From positions 390,042-454,041 of the forward strand of contig QOQU01000004.1 of assembly GCA_003327455.1 (NCBI GenBank): a stretch of 64,000 nucleotides of DNA. Direction: 5' to 3'. Below are positions 56,358 through 64,000 of the stretch, in pieces. Origin of the DNA: Anaerolineae bacterium (lineage in GTDB: Bacteria; Chloroflexota; Anaerolineae; Anaerolineales; UBA4823). The first letter of the stretch is position 1, and every line of letters starts with the position of its first letter. Under the pieces are notes generated by a model. It made no database searches. It was not told the DNA's origin and saw only the letters and a list, made by a program, of their open reading frames with translations. A program made the translations under genes and the position numbers.

Positions 56358-59095
56358 TACTCTCCAAACACCTCCCTGTCCAGAATCATTTTTATGGTCT
56401 GTTTTGCGTTTTCCTTTAGCCTTCTGATATTGGTCAGCGTTTCAAACTGAACGTTAAGGAAATCCACTATTTTCTGCTGTTTTTCAATTGGAGGAAGCGG
56501 AACTTTAATATAACTTAAATCGGTTTGAGTTATTGATGGATATTGAGATTTTTCCATCAACTTAGTTAACTCAGATACGAATATATCAGATAGAACATAG
56601 AAGAATAAAAATCTAGGCAGTATTACTTCATTTTTGCTCCTTAATACAGCAAAACCTGTAGAACATATTTGGTTATTAAATCTCTCGTCATCAATTATAC
56701 AAAAACTCTTTAAGTTAGGCCGAACAGTAGAAATTAAAACATCGCCAATTTTTACAACTCGTCTTGCTCTACTTGGTGCATTCTTGCCACTAATAAACTT
56801 ATAATCAGTTATCGTGAAGGTTTTATTATCAACAGAAGAAATATCTATGTAGATAAACTCTTTTTCAGGCTCATTTTCGGGATTCATGCTTTCGGGATTA
56901 ATCTCTACGACATCTGGCAACTCCACCCATTCCCAATCTCCTTCAAAAATACTGTCGTCGATTCCAGCTTCAAGAATGGTCTTTTCCATAGCATTGCACT
57001 GCTCAATAATAGCCTGCTGCTTGTCCAAGCGGGCAACCAGTTCCTGTTGAACGGGAAGAGGTGGGAGAGGGATTTGAATATTGGCTAAATCATCAAATTT
57101 CAAAGTATCCCTAATACTTCCAGAAACTGCTTCATTGATTTTGTTCATCATCCAATCTGTTTTCAATAAATAATACAGAAATCTTGAATCTGTAGTTTTA
57201 CTATCTTTTACTTTAAATACTACATAAGCAGGGCTTACAAGACCTTTAACCACGTTATCAGCAAATCCTATAGAACCTATATTAATTCTGTAAGGATTAT
57301 AAACAAAGTAATCTTTATATATTATCTTATAGCTATTAAGGTTTTTAGCATATACTTCTTCGTTATTTCCATATACGTTTTCTTTAAAATAATCTTCTGC
57401 AGGAATTATCCCGAACTCTTTACTAACACTATAAACTGGCAATTCTTCGGAAAGCACATTTCTATCCGTAATTTGTTCAATGATTTCTCCCAGTCTAACA
57501 ATGTTATGTTTCCTACTTTGGCAGATCAAATTTTTATACAGCCCCGGGTTAAGGTTATAATTTTTTGCTTTGATTTCCTCAATCGTCGCCGCCCAGCAGA
57601 AATCATTATCTATAAAATCAGGCGGTTCCTTTGTTGGGTTATCAATCCAATCTATCCATCTTCTAAACACTTCCACCGCTTTAGGCAGGTTCCCACAAGG
57701 CGGTTCGTAAATGTTCGGGTCATCACCCTGGAAAGCTCCGTTAATTGGCCTTCTCTGGGTTGTTAAGGTAAATCCGTCATCTTTCACATCAACAAACAGC
57801 ACCTGCTTTGTGGTGTAAGCATTTTGTTTCTTTGTCTCGTTCCATTCTTCTTTTGTGGGTTTTTCAAAATACAGCACTGTCGTTTTGACACCGGAATACG
57901 GCTGAAAAATGCCTGCCGGCATGGAAAAGACAGCTTTCAAATCAAATTCGCGCAGGAGCTTCATGCGTATATTCTTGAATACAGAGGAATTGTCAAACAG
58001 AATCTTGTCCAAGATTATAACTACTGCCCTGGAACGTTTTTTACCTGGTTCAGAAGGTCTTAATGCCGCCATAATATGCTGGATGAACAATGCTTCGTAG
58101 CGTTTGGCATGGAACTCAAAAGTACCAACCCGCGACTGAGCAAGTGGACCATACGGTGGGTTAGTTAACACTACATCATACTTTTCTTTATGTTCTAACT
58201 GTGCTCGATTGTCTAAGCTGTCAGCCTCAAAGAGGTTGGATTTGCCGTCATTGTGCAATATCATATTCATGAGGGCAAGCTTGTAAACGTCTGGAGCCTT
58301 CTCCACAGCATAAAGAGACTCTTCCTTCAGTTTTCGGTAAAGCATTTCAGCTTCATCAAATTGAACCCCATTATATGCGGCAGTAGACTCGTTAACTCTC
58401 ATCCCCGCTTTTACAAGATTATCAATTTTACTCTTTACTACTTCGAAGGCACGCAGAATAAAGCCTCCCGTACCAGCCGCAGGGTCATATATTTTTTCCC
58501 CAATTTCCGGGTCAGCAAGTTCCACCATGAAATGAATGATGTGGCGAGGAGTAAAATACTGACCGTACTGTTTTTGTTCGCCAAGCTTTTGAACAACAAA
58601 TTCGTATGCTCTGCCCATAACGTCAAAATTTTGTTCAAGCTCAAGGTCTTTCAGCCGTTTTATCAATTCTTTAATGGTCGGGCTGTACCTTATACGCCAT
58701 ATATGATTTTTAAATAGCCGTCTGAAAAGGCTTAAATCCCTGCCATCGTGGTCCTTAACTTCGGCCAGTTCGGAAAATATGTTTCTAACATAATCGACTA
58801 TAGTAAACTCTCCATCGTCAGTCTTTACGGTTTTTCCGTCACTTGCCAAAATCTTTTCTGCCCATGTGGAAAACCTCAGGTGATTTGGTAAATCAGGCAC
58901 AAATTTAGTTCCATCCAAACGGGCGAGTTCTTCTCTTTGTTTTTCTCTCTCGTCAAAGAGCTTTAGAAACAAAAAATAGCTAAATTCTTCCAGATACTCG
59001 GTGGTTTTGAGAGTATCGTCTCGAAAAATATTGGCAATATCCCAAAGCTCAGAACCAAGCCTGTGAAAATCTACTTTGTTATTGTTTTGCGCCAT
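56357..59095 (-). CDS. Type I-like R-M methyltransferase fused to a two-TRD specificity subunit (HsdM-HsdS fusion)
   Basis: 912 aa. HsdM_N-like N-terminus, SAM motif I DPAAGTGGF and motif IV LTNPPYG. These are followed by two target-recognition domains, each ending in an HsdS conserved helix (IQIPLPPLPVQQELVARLD and IKVPLPPIEKQQKIVDFLN). Confidence 0.85.
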   Translation of the reverse strand: MAQNNNKVDFHRLGSELWDIANIFRDDTLKTTEYLEEFSYFLFLKLFDEREKQREELARLDGTKFVPDLPNHLRFSTWAEKILASDGKTVKTDDGEFTIVDYVRNIFSELAEVKDHDGRDLSLFRRLFKNHIWRIRYSPTIKELIKRLKDLELEQNFDVMGRAYEFVVQKLGEQKQYGQYFTPRHIIHFMVELADPEIGEKIYDPAAGTGGFILRAFEVVKSKIDNLVKAGMRVNESTAAYNGVQFDEAEMLYRKLKEESLYAVEKAPDVYKLALMNMILHNDGKSNLFEADSLDNRAQLEHKEKYDVVLTNPPYGPLAQSRVGTFEFHAKRYEALFIQHIMAALRPSEPGKKRSRAVVIILDKILFDNSSVFKNIRMKLLREFDLKAVFSMPAGIFQPYSGVKTTVLYFEKPTKEEWNETKKQNAYTTKQVLFVDVKDDGFTLTTQRRPINGAFQGDDPNIYEPPCGNLPKAVEVFRRWIDWIDNPTKEPPDFIDNDFCWAATIEEIKAKNYNLNPGLYKNLICQSRKHNIVRLGEIIEQITDRNVLSEELPVYSVSKEFGIIPAEDYFKENVYGNNEEVYAKNLNSYKIIYKDYFVYNPYRINIGSIGFADNVVKGLVSPAYVVFKVKDSKTTDSRFLYYLLKTDWMMNKINEAVSGSIRDTLKFDDLANIQIPLPPLPVQQELVARLDKQQAIIEQCNAMEKTILEAGIDDSIFEGDWEWVELPDVVEINPESMNPENEPEKEFIYIDISSVDNKTFTITDYKFISGKNAPSRARRVVKIGDVLISTVRPNLKSFCIIDDERFNNQICSTGFAVLRSKNEVILPRFLFFYVLSDIFVSELTKLMEKSQYPSITQTDLSYIKVPLPPIEKQQKIVDFLNVQFETLTNIRRLKENAKQTIKMILDREVFGE

Positions 59096-59109
59096 TAATA
59101 TTCCCTCCG

Positions 59110-61335
59110 TTACACATCAAGAAATGATACTGCTTTTATCTCGTCATAAAGCTGAACAAATTTGTCCAGCGAACCGAATAGTCCCTTTATCCGGGCAATT
59201 CCACCCTTTTGTTGAAGAAGCTGGCTGTTAGAAAACTGGGTAAAGGTAAGAGCGGGATTGCGTTTCTTAAAATCGTAGAACATCATAATAAATTCCACTT
59301 GTTCATCGTTCAAATGCTTTTTCTCCTTCAAATGAGCAATAACAGCATCCCTGTTCTTTTCTTCAACAGTCTTAAACCTTGTTTTACCAAGGGCGACATC
59401 AATAAAATCTTTGTAAGTGGCAGTGACTTCGCCGTAAATATCCCTTAAGGTACTGATGTCAAACCCAAAAGCCTCAAGATATTTTTCATCAACCGGAATA
59501 CCAGGATTCAAAGCTTCCCATGATAAAACTGCCTGAACAAATCTTTCTTTTAAAACCGTCTTTTCTTTAATAGCTTTAAGTTGCGGCTCAATTTGCTTTC
59601 TAATATGCTCAAAAGCAGATGAAGTAACAATTTCTGACTTGACTATCCAGACGGGGACATCAGCAATCACCATTTCGATTTTTTCAGTTTCTTTAGGTTC
59701 CTTACCCTCACCATCTTCTTTATCTGAAGGCATCTTTTCACCGTCAGAAGATACCTCTGTTTCTTCAGTGCTCTCTATTATTTCGTCAGTTTCTAAAGTT
59801 TCATCAGTAACAACCTCTTCAATACCTGCAAGGTCAACAAAGTCGATAAGTTTAAAGCTTTCCTTTGTCTTGCCGTGTTCTTGCTCGTTACACTTACGAG
59901 TGGCACGTCCTTTCATTTGAACATAGAGAATTTTTGACTTTGTGGGCCTAGCCATTACAAGAACTTCGATGTCAGGAGCATCAATACCGGTGGATAGCAT
60001 ATCTACGGAAACGGCAATACGAATTTCACTGTCGATTTCCTGAAACTTTCTAATCAGTTCAGAGGCGTTTCTCACCTGATTATGTATTACAACTATAAAG
60101 TCTTCTGCTTCGCTTGAGTCCTTTGGGAGTTTGTTCAGTTCGTTGTATTTTGTTATCAACGCATCGCGCAAATGATTGGCATGCGCTATGCTTGCCGCAA
60201 AAACCAGTGTCTTTGGAATCGTATGCGTCTGCTCATATCCTATTACTTCAAAATATTTTTCGGCTATTAATTCATTCCTTCGCGGGACATCCACACGTCT
60301 GCCAAGGTCTTCCGGCTCAAAGTCAAAACCCATGTCATGAATTCCGCTGAGGTCTACATTGGTCAGGAACTTATATCTCTCGGTAAAAGCCAGTATGCCG
60401 TCTTTAACTCCCTGATAGTAGCTGTATCTGAATACCGGCTCTCCAAAATAATCGTCGGTACTCTGCGTTTCCTTATCAGAAGGAGTTGCTGTTAACCCTA
60501 AAACTTTGGCCTTGCCAGTTCTGAAATGCTCAATAACCGTGTGCCAATCTCCAAAATATGACCGATGGCACTCGTCAAGAATTACCAAGTCAAAAAAATT
60601 ATTCGGGTATGCACGATACTTATCATTTACATACAAAAACTGAATTGTTGAAACAGAAATATCGTTATATTTATCCTCTTTTGTGCCGGTCAAGCGGTTT
60701 ATTTTAAAGGTATCACCTAATACCTTATTGAAAGAACGGACTGTCTGTTCAGCAAGAGAATCCCTATCTACTAAAAATAAGACTCTCCGAACAAGGCCGA
60801 CTTTGTAAAGCTTGCTGATTATTCCCGCCGCTGTTATCGTTTTTCCTGTTCCGGTAGCCATTTCGATATAGGTTCTGTCTCTGCCTAATTGAAATGCGCT
60901 TACCACCTGTGAGACGGCAATTTTTTGATAATTCCTTAAACCCGCCAAAAGAATATCAGTTTCCGGGTTTAGAAAATCTTTTATCTCTGCATAGGTCATT
61001 AGCCTGCTGATTTTTTCTGGTCTGGTATTTGCTTTAAGATTCTGCCGGTAAAATACCTTGCCGTCTGAAGCAAAAATTAAAAAGACTTCCTTGCCACTTT
61101 CATTTAGTTTTTTTGCGTAATTTTTAGCCTGTGCTAAAGCTGCGTTTAAATCCATACCCTGTTTTTTGGCTTCAATAATTGCAACAGGTAAGCTGTTCAC
61201 TAAAATAGCATAGTCTGCTCTTTCTCCGCCCGGTATAGGATACTCCTTAGTTATTTGAGTAAAATCAGCCAAATTCCAATTTAGTGCTCTTAAATGTTCG
61301 TCAATTAAGGACTTTGCATTTTCCTCCGTATTCAC
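59110..61335 (-). CDS. hsdR: Compact HsdR-like restriction subunit (PD-(D/E)xK nuclease plus SF2 helicase)
   Basis: 741 aa with a GTG start after GGAGGG. Nuclease motif ADYAIL...IIEAKK. Helicase motifs MATGTGKT (I), LDECHRS (II), LTATP (III) and QMKGRATR (VI). The acidic C-terminal region has an EcoEI_R_C-like tail. Confidence 0.85.
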   Translation of the reverse strand: MNTEENAKSLIDEHLRALNWNLADFTQITKEYPIPGGERADYAILVNSLPVAIIEAKKQGMDLNAALAQAKNYAKKLNESGKEVFLIFASDGKVFYRQNLKANTRPEKISRLMTYAEIKDFLNPETDILLAGLRNYQKIAVSQVVSAFQLGRDRTYIEMATGTGKTITAAGIISKLYKVGLVRRVLFLVDRDSLAEQTVRSFNKVLGDTFKINRLTGTKEDKYNDISVSTIQFLYVNDKYRAYPNNFFDLVILDECHRSYFGDWHTVIEHFRTGKAKVLGLTATPSDKETQSTDDYFGEPVFRYSYYQGVKDGILAFTERYKFLTNVDLSGIHDMGFDFEPEDLGRRVDVPRRNELIAEKYFEVIGYEQTHTIPKTLVFAASIAHANHLRDALITKYNELNKLPKDSSEAEDFIVVIHNQVRNASELIRKFQEIDSEIRIAVSVDMLSTGIDAPDIEVLVMARPTKSKILYVQMKGRATRKCNEQEHGKTKESFKLIDFVDLAGIEEVVTDETLETDEIIESTEETEVSSDGEKMPSDKEDGEGKEPKETEKIEMVIADVPVWIVKSEIVTSSAFEHIRKQIEPQLKAIKEKTVLKERFVQAVLSWEALNPGIPVDEKYLEAFGFDISTLRDIYGEVTATYKDFIDVALGKTRFKTVEEKNRDAVIAHLKEKKHLNDEQVEFIMMFYDFKKRNPALTFTQFSNSQLLQQKGGIARIKGLFGSLDKFVQLYDEIKAVSFLDV

Positions 61336-61356
61336 TATTTTCCCTCCCCTCGATAA

Positions 61357-61896
61357 TTAGCGGTAATCCAACCCCAAAAATTGCTGGATGTCCTTCATCT
61401 CCATCAGTTCTTCAACTGTCCAGTAGCGGTGGAACCGGTCTTTGTAGCGAAGTTCCCACCACCTGCGGAAAAGCGGCTCAAGTTCATCGAACATCGGCCA
61501 GCGGCTCCACTTCATTTTCTCCCTCAGTTCTTCCAGCGTCCAGACACTGCCGTCTTCTTTTTTGGGTATGTTAATGCGCCCGTCAGGTTGGATAACCACC
61601 TGCGGCTGGGCAATCTCTTTTTGGAGAACAGTCACTTCGCCAACCTCCTTTAGATATTTATCGGAAAGAGTTATCAAACAATCAAGCTCAAAGTTTGGTA
61701 ATAATTCTTGTTTTGGGCTTACTGCCTCAAACCGCCGGGTAAGATTTGCTGAAGCCCTGCCGAGCGTGGAACCGTCGTCTACAACGCGGTCCCGCTTCAG
61801 CGGCTTCAGACGAACCCGTCTTTGACCAAGGTCAAAGCTCAAAAATATATATAGCGGTTTTGACATTTTGACCTTCCGTGCGCGGTAAGTGTTCAT
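61357..61896 (-). CDS. Hypothetical Trp/Arg-rich protein (169-179 aa)
   Basis: The ORF overlaps the upstream primase-helicase stop by 4 nt (ATGA). An alternative ATG at 61866 follows GGAAGG. The C-terminus reads WSRWPMFDELEPLFRRWWELRYKDRFHRYW. I recognise no family. Confidence 0.5.
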   Translation of the reverse strand: MNTYRARKVKMSKPLYIFLSFDLGQRRVRLKPLKRDRVVDDGSTLGRASANLTRRFEAVSPKQELLPNFELDCLITLSDKYLKEVGEVTVLQKEIAQPQVVIQPDGRINIPKKEDGSVWTLEELREKMKWSRWPMFDELEPLFRRWWELRYKDRFHRYWTVEELMEMKDIQQFLGLDYR

Positions 61897-63920
61897 TCAC
61901 CGCTGTCTTCATCGTCCGCTTTCCACCCATCGGGCGTCTTTGTAAGAGTGTAAGTTTTTGGAGACCCTTGATGTCCCCCTTCTTCCTCAATGGTGAAGCC
62001 GCCTGCCCGCAGTTTACTGATGTCGTTTCTCACAGTCTGGTCGCTGACCTTCAGTAAGTCGGTTAGCTCTTTCTGCGTGTAGCTCCGCTGTGTCAACAGC
62101 TTCGCCAGCTTCTGCAGGCGCACTTCGCTGTCTTTCAGCTTTATGTTGATGCGGAAACCATCATCGTAAACCAGATTCCCGTCCTCGAATTTTAAGCTCA
62201 AATTCTCTACAGTCTCAGCGTCGCGGAACTCTCCGGTAACAACTACGCCTACATCTTCGTCTTTCTGGAACTTGCGGATGTCTATCACGCCGTCCATTTC
62301 CGCCCCTTTGACAGAAGACCCCCTGCTGGCATACACAAGAACGTCCGACGGCTTTTTTGCGGTGTGGTCAACGACGACGACCGCCATATGGGGGTACTTG
62401 CGGAGGAGCATATTTAGTGGCGCGAATACCTGCTGCATGACGGAAGAGTCGTTTTCGTCTCCATCGAAGAAGCTCCTCAGTGGGTCAAGTACGAGCAGGT
62501 CAGGCCGGAACTCGTCAATAAATTTGAGCAGGTCTTCAAATTCCGGGTTTTTCGGTAGCAGTTTCACGCCTGTCCTGTGCGGAATGACGATGTTGCTTGT
62601 ACCGGCAAGGCTCTGCTGTACTCTCTGGATTAAAGCGTTGGTCGAGTGTTCTTCCTCCACCATAACGGCTTTGATTCCAGAGACGGTAGTTTTCCAAAAC
62701 GGTACCCCGCAGACGTTTTCTCCGCGGCTGAGCGCTTTTAATAAGCTTAGGACAAACCACGTCTTCATCTGCTTCGGCGGCCCTTGGACAAGAATTTTTT
62801 GCCCTCTCGCTATCATCCCTCTTACCAGCCAGTCAGGTTCCGCAGGCTCTCTCTTCAGCAGTTCTTCCACCCTGTAGTAGCGGGAAAACCGGTCTTGGTG
62901 TTCTTCAAGCGGGATTAGCTCTACCAGTTCCTGGTCGGTATGGTTGTTGCGGGTCAACCACTCACAGATGTCTTTCCCGACATCGCCCCGCTTCCACGGC
63001 AGTTCAACCACTTTACACCGTTCTTCTCCCAGCACCGCTAGGGCAGACCTGACAAAGTTCGCGCTGGCGTCGTCGTCCTGCGGGATGAGGTAGATGGTGC
63101 GTATGCCTTCAAATTCCCGTTTCCACTCCTTGCGGAAATTGTTGCCCGGCACGCTAACTACAGGGATGTCTACACCGCAGGCTTCAAGCGCTTGGATAGT
63201 CCTTAGAGCATCGCTTTCTCCCTCTACTATAACTGCTTGGCTCTTCCCCTCAAGACTGTCGAGATTCCACAATGAAAAACGGGAGTTTTTAACCGCTCCT
63301 TTCCTGCCGTCGTAAGCCCTCCCTCTGATAGCCCTGATTTTGCCCCTCACGCGAAAAGGGACTACCAAGCATTCAACCTGTCCTGCATCTTCGTCATGGG
63401 GGACATAACCCCATTCGAAACGCTCCAGCATTTCATACTTGATTCCTCTGGCGGTAATGTACTCTTGGACAATCGGCAGTTCCGGGCGCAGGCGCGCTTT
63501 TGCTTCTTTGATAAACTCTTCAAATTCCTCTTCCTGTCCGGGTGTGGGGATATAGGTGTGGCTGGGGTCGTAGTGGGGGAACGCTCGGAGGTAGCTTCCT
63601 GTCCGTTCGTCTTTTACGTAAAGCTCGCGGAGGTAGTCGTTTATGAAATAGCTCGCGTCTTCCGGCGCAATGCCTGCAATTTCAACTAAAAAGCGGTACG
63701 GCGAAAAGCTCCCGCATACATGGCAGACGTAAAAGCCCGACTTGACGTTGACCGTCGCGGAAGGCTTCCGGTCGCTGTGGTATAAGCACTTTAAAGATTG
63801 GACGGTAAAGCCGTCTTCCTTTATGTCCATCCTGTCCAGTTCAGGAAAATAGCGGGCGTAAAAATCCCGCCAAGGTTCGGGATGAAGAGACTCGTTAAAA
63901 TCAACCCTCCACTTCTTCAT
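61893..63920 (-). CDS. DnaG-type primase (CHC2 zinc finger plus Toprim) fused to a RecA-like/RepA-type ATPase and a C-terminal HTH
   Basis: 675 aa. zf-CHC2 is CLYHSDRKPSATVNVKSGFYVCHVCG. Toprim is AVIVEGESDALR...IPQDDDAS. The P-loop-like segment is VQGPPKQMKTWF and Walker B is DLLVLDPL. The HTH is YTQKELTDLLKVSDQTVRNDISKL. Confidence 0.8.
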   Translation of the reverse strand: MKKWRVDFNESLHPEPWRDFYARYFPELDRMDIKEDGFTVQSLKCLYHSDRKPSATVNVKSGFYVCHVCGSFSPYRFLVEIAGIAPEDASYFINDYLRELYVKDERTGSYLRAFPHYDPSHTYIPTPGQEEEFEEFIKEAKARLRPELPIVQEYITARGIKYEMLERFEWGYVPHDEDAGQVECLVVPFRVRGKIRAIRGRAYDGRKGAVKNSRFSLWNLDSLEGKSQAVIVEGESDALRTIQALEACGVDIPVVSVPGNNFRKEWKREFEGIRTIYLIPQDDDASANFVRSALAVLGEERCKVVELPWKRGDVGKDICEWLTRNNHTDQELVELIPLEEHQDRFSRYYRVEELLKREPAEPDWLVRGMIARGQKILVQGPPKQMKTWFVLSLLKALSRGENVCGVPFWKTTVSGIKAVMVEEEHSTNALIQRVQQSLAGTSNIVIPHRTGVKLLPKNPEFEDLLKFIDEFRPDLLVLDPLRSFFDGDENDSSVMQQVFAPLNMLLRKYPHMAVVVVDHTAKKPSDVLVYASRGSSVKGAEMDGVIDIRKFQKDEDVGVVVTGEFRDAETVENLSLKFEDGNLVYDDGFRINIKLKDSEVRLQKLAKLLTQRSYTQKELTDLLKVSDQTVRNDISKLRAGGFTIEEEGGHQGSPKTYTLTKTPDGWKADDEDSGE

Positions 63921-63948
63921 AATTAAAACCTCCTCTGCCTATGGTAAT

Positions 63949-63977
63949 ATTATACATTTGACCTCAGCAACTTTCAA
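63949..63977 (-). promoter_or_regulatory. Sigma70-like promoter (TTGAAA-17-TATAAT) upstream of the primase-helicase gene
   Basis: On the minus strand the -35 is at 63972-63977 and the -10 at 63949-63954, with a 17-nt spacer. A GAGGAGG RBS follows at 63930-63936 and the ATG at 63920. Confidence 0.55.
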
Positions 63978-64000
63978 TAAGAAGCTCAAAATTTTTGACC

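Larger units (their letters stand above)
55367..64000. mobile_element. Low-GC genomic island (right end beyond the window) carrying a replication module and a restriction-modification/HEPN cassette
   Basis: There is an abrupt break in the SBP reading frame at about 55.37 kb. Hand GC counts are 28% at 57181-57240 and 52% at 62401-62460, against 63% at 29401-29460. Content is a primase-helicase plus type I-like R-M. No integrase or att repeat is visible inside the window. Confidence 0.6.

Noticed and set aside
1-64000. tRNA, rRNA, tmRNA, transposase, integrase or cas genes
   Set aside because: I scanned the intergenic regions and ORF translations by eye. I found no T-loop/acceptor-like sequences, no DDE or tyrosine/serine recombinase motifs, and no Cas signatures. 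Absence by eye is not proof; tRNAscan-SE, Infernal and ISEScan would settle it.

Overview
This is a 64-kb stretch of a high-GC bacterial chromosome. Single 60-nt backbone lines hand-count at about 58-63% GC. Gene content, P/T-rich lipoprotein linkers and GGGTGAGGG-type hairpin repeats suggest Chloroflexota/Anaerolineae, but that is inference only.

- 1-21.5 kb is mostly housekeeping: an MCP fragment, an AAA ATPase, uvrA, a P450, nagA, fused glyQS, a 2-hydroxyacid dehydrogenase, an M32 carboxypeptidase, a CheY-like receiver and two tandem NBR1-Ig secreted proteins.
- 21.9-22.7 kb holds a HEPN/MNT toxin-antitoxin pair.
- 22.8-33.1 kb is one 12-gene minus-strand array. It runs SorC regulator, E1alpha/E1beta/E2 of a 2-oxoacid/acetoin-type dehydrogenase (no E3), GutM, a glucitol-family PTS (SrlA, a split and permuted SrlE, SrlB), a SAF-domain dehydrogenase, HPr and Enzyme I. 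The srl block has lower GC than its neighbours.
- 33.8-36.4 kb is a NitT/TauT-type ABC importer.
- 36.9-43.8 kb is a LysR-centred redox locus. One arm is an octaheme cytochrome with NrfC-like and NrfD-like proteins. The divergent arm is a 1+11-heme cytochrome interrupted by an in-frame TGA, plus a tandem-rhodanese lipoprotein.
- 43.87-44.30 kb is a roughly 2.5-copy nested-hairpin tandem repeat at a compositional boundary.
- 44.8-55.4 kb is a lower-GC, tightly coupled cluster: CUT2 sugar ABC importer, MtnK, MtnA, split transketolase, a form IV RuBisCO-like protein, a signal-less MalE-fold protein and a SorC regulator. It matches no salvage or catabolic route I know.
- The binding-protein gene of that importer is truncated at about 55.37 kb. 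From there to the window end lies a low-GC island forming one operon: DnaG-type primase/RecA-like ATPase/HTH, a W-rich 179-aa protein, a compact HsdR, a fused HsdM-HsdS, and a HEPN (RNNIVH) plus zinc-ribbon protein.

I recognised no rRNA, tRNA, CRISPR array, transposase or integrase. Every functional call rests on motifs read by eye from the translations; no searches were run.
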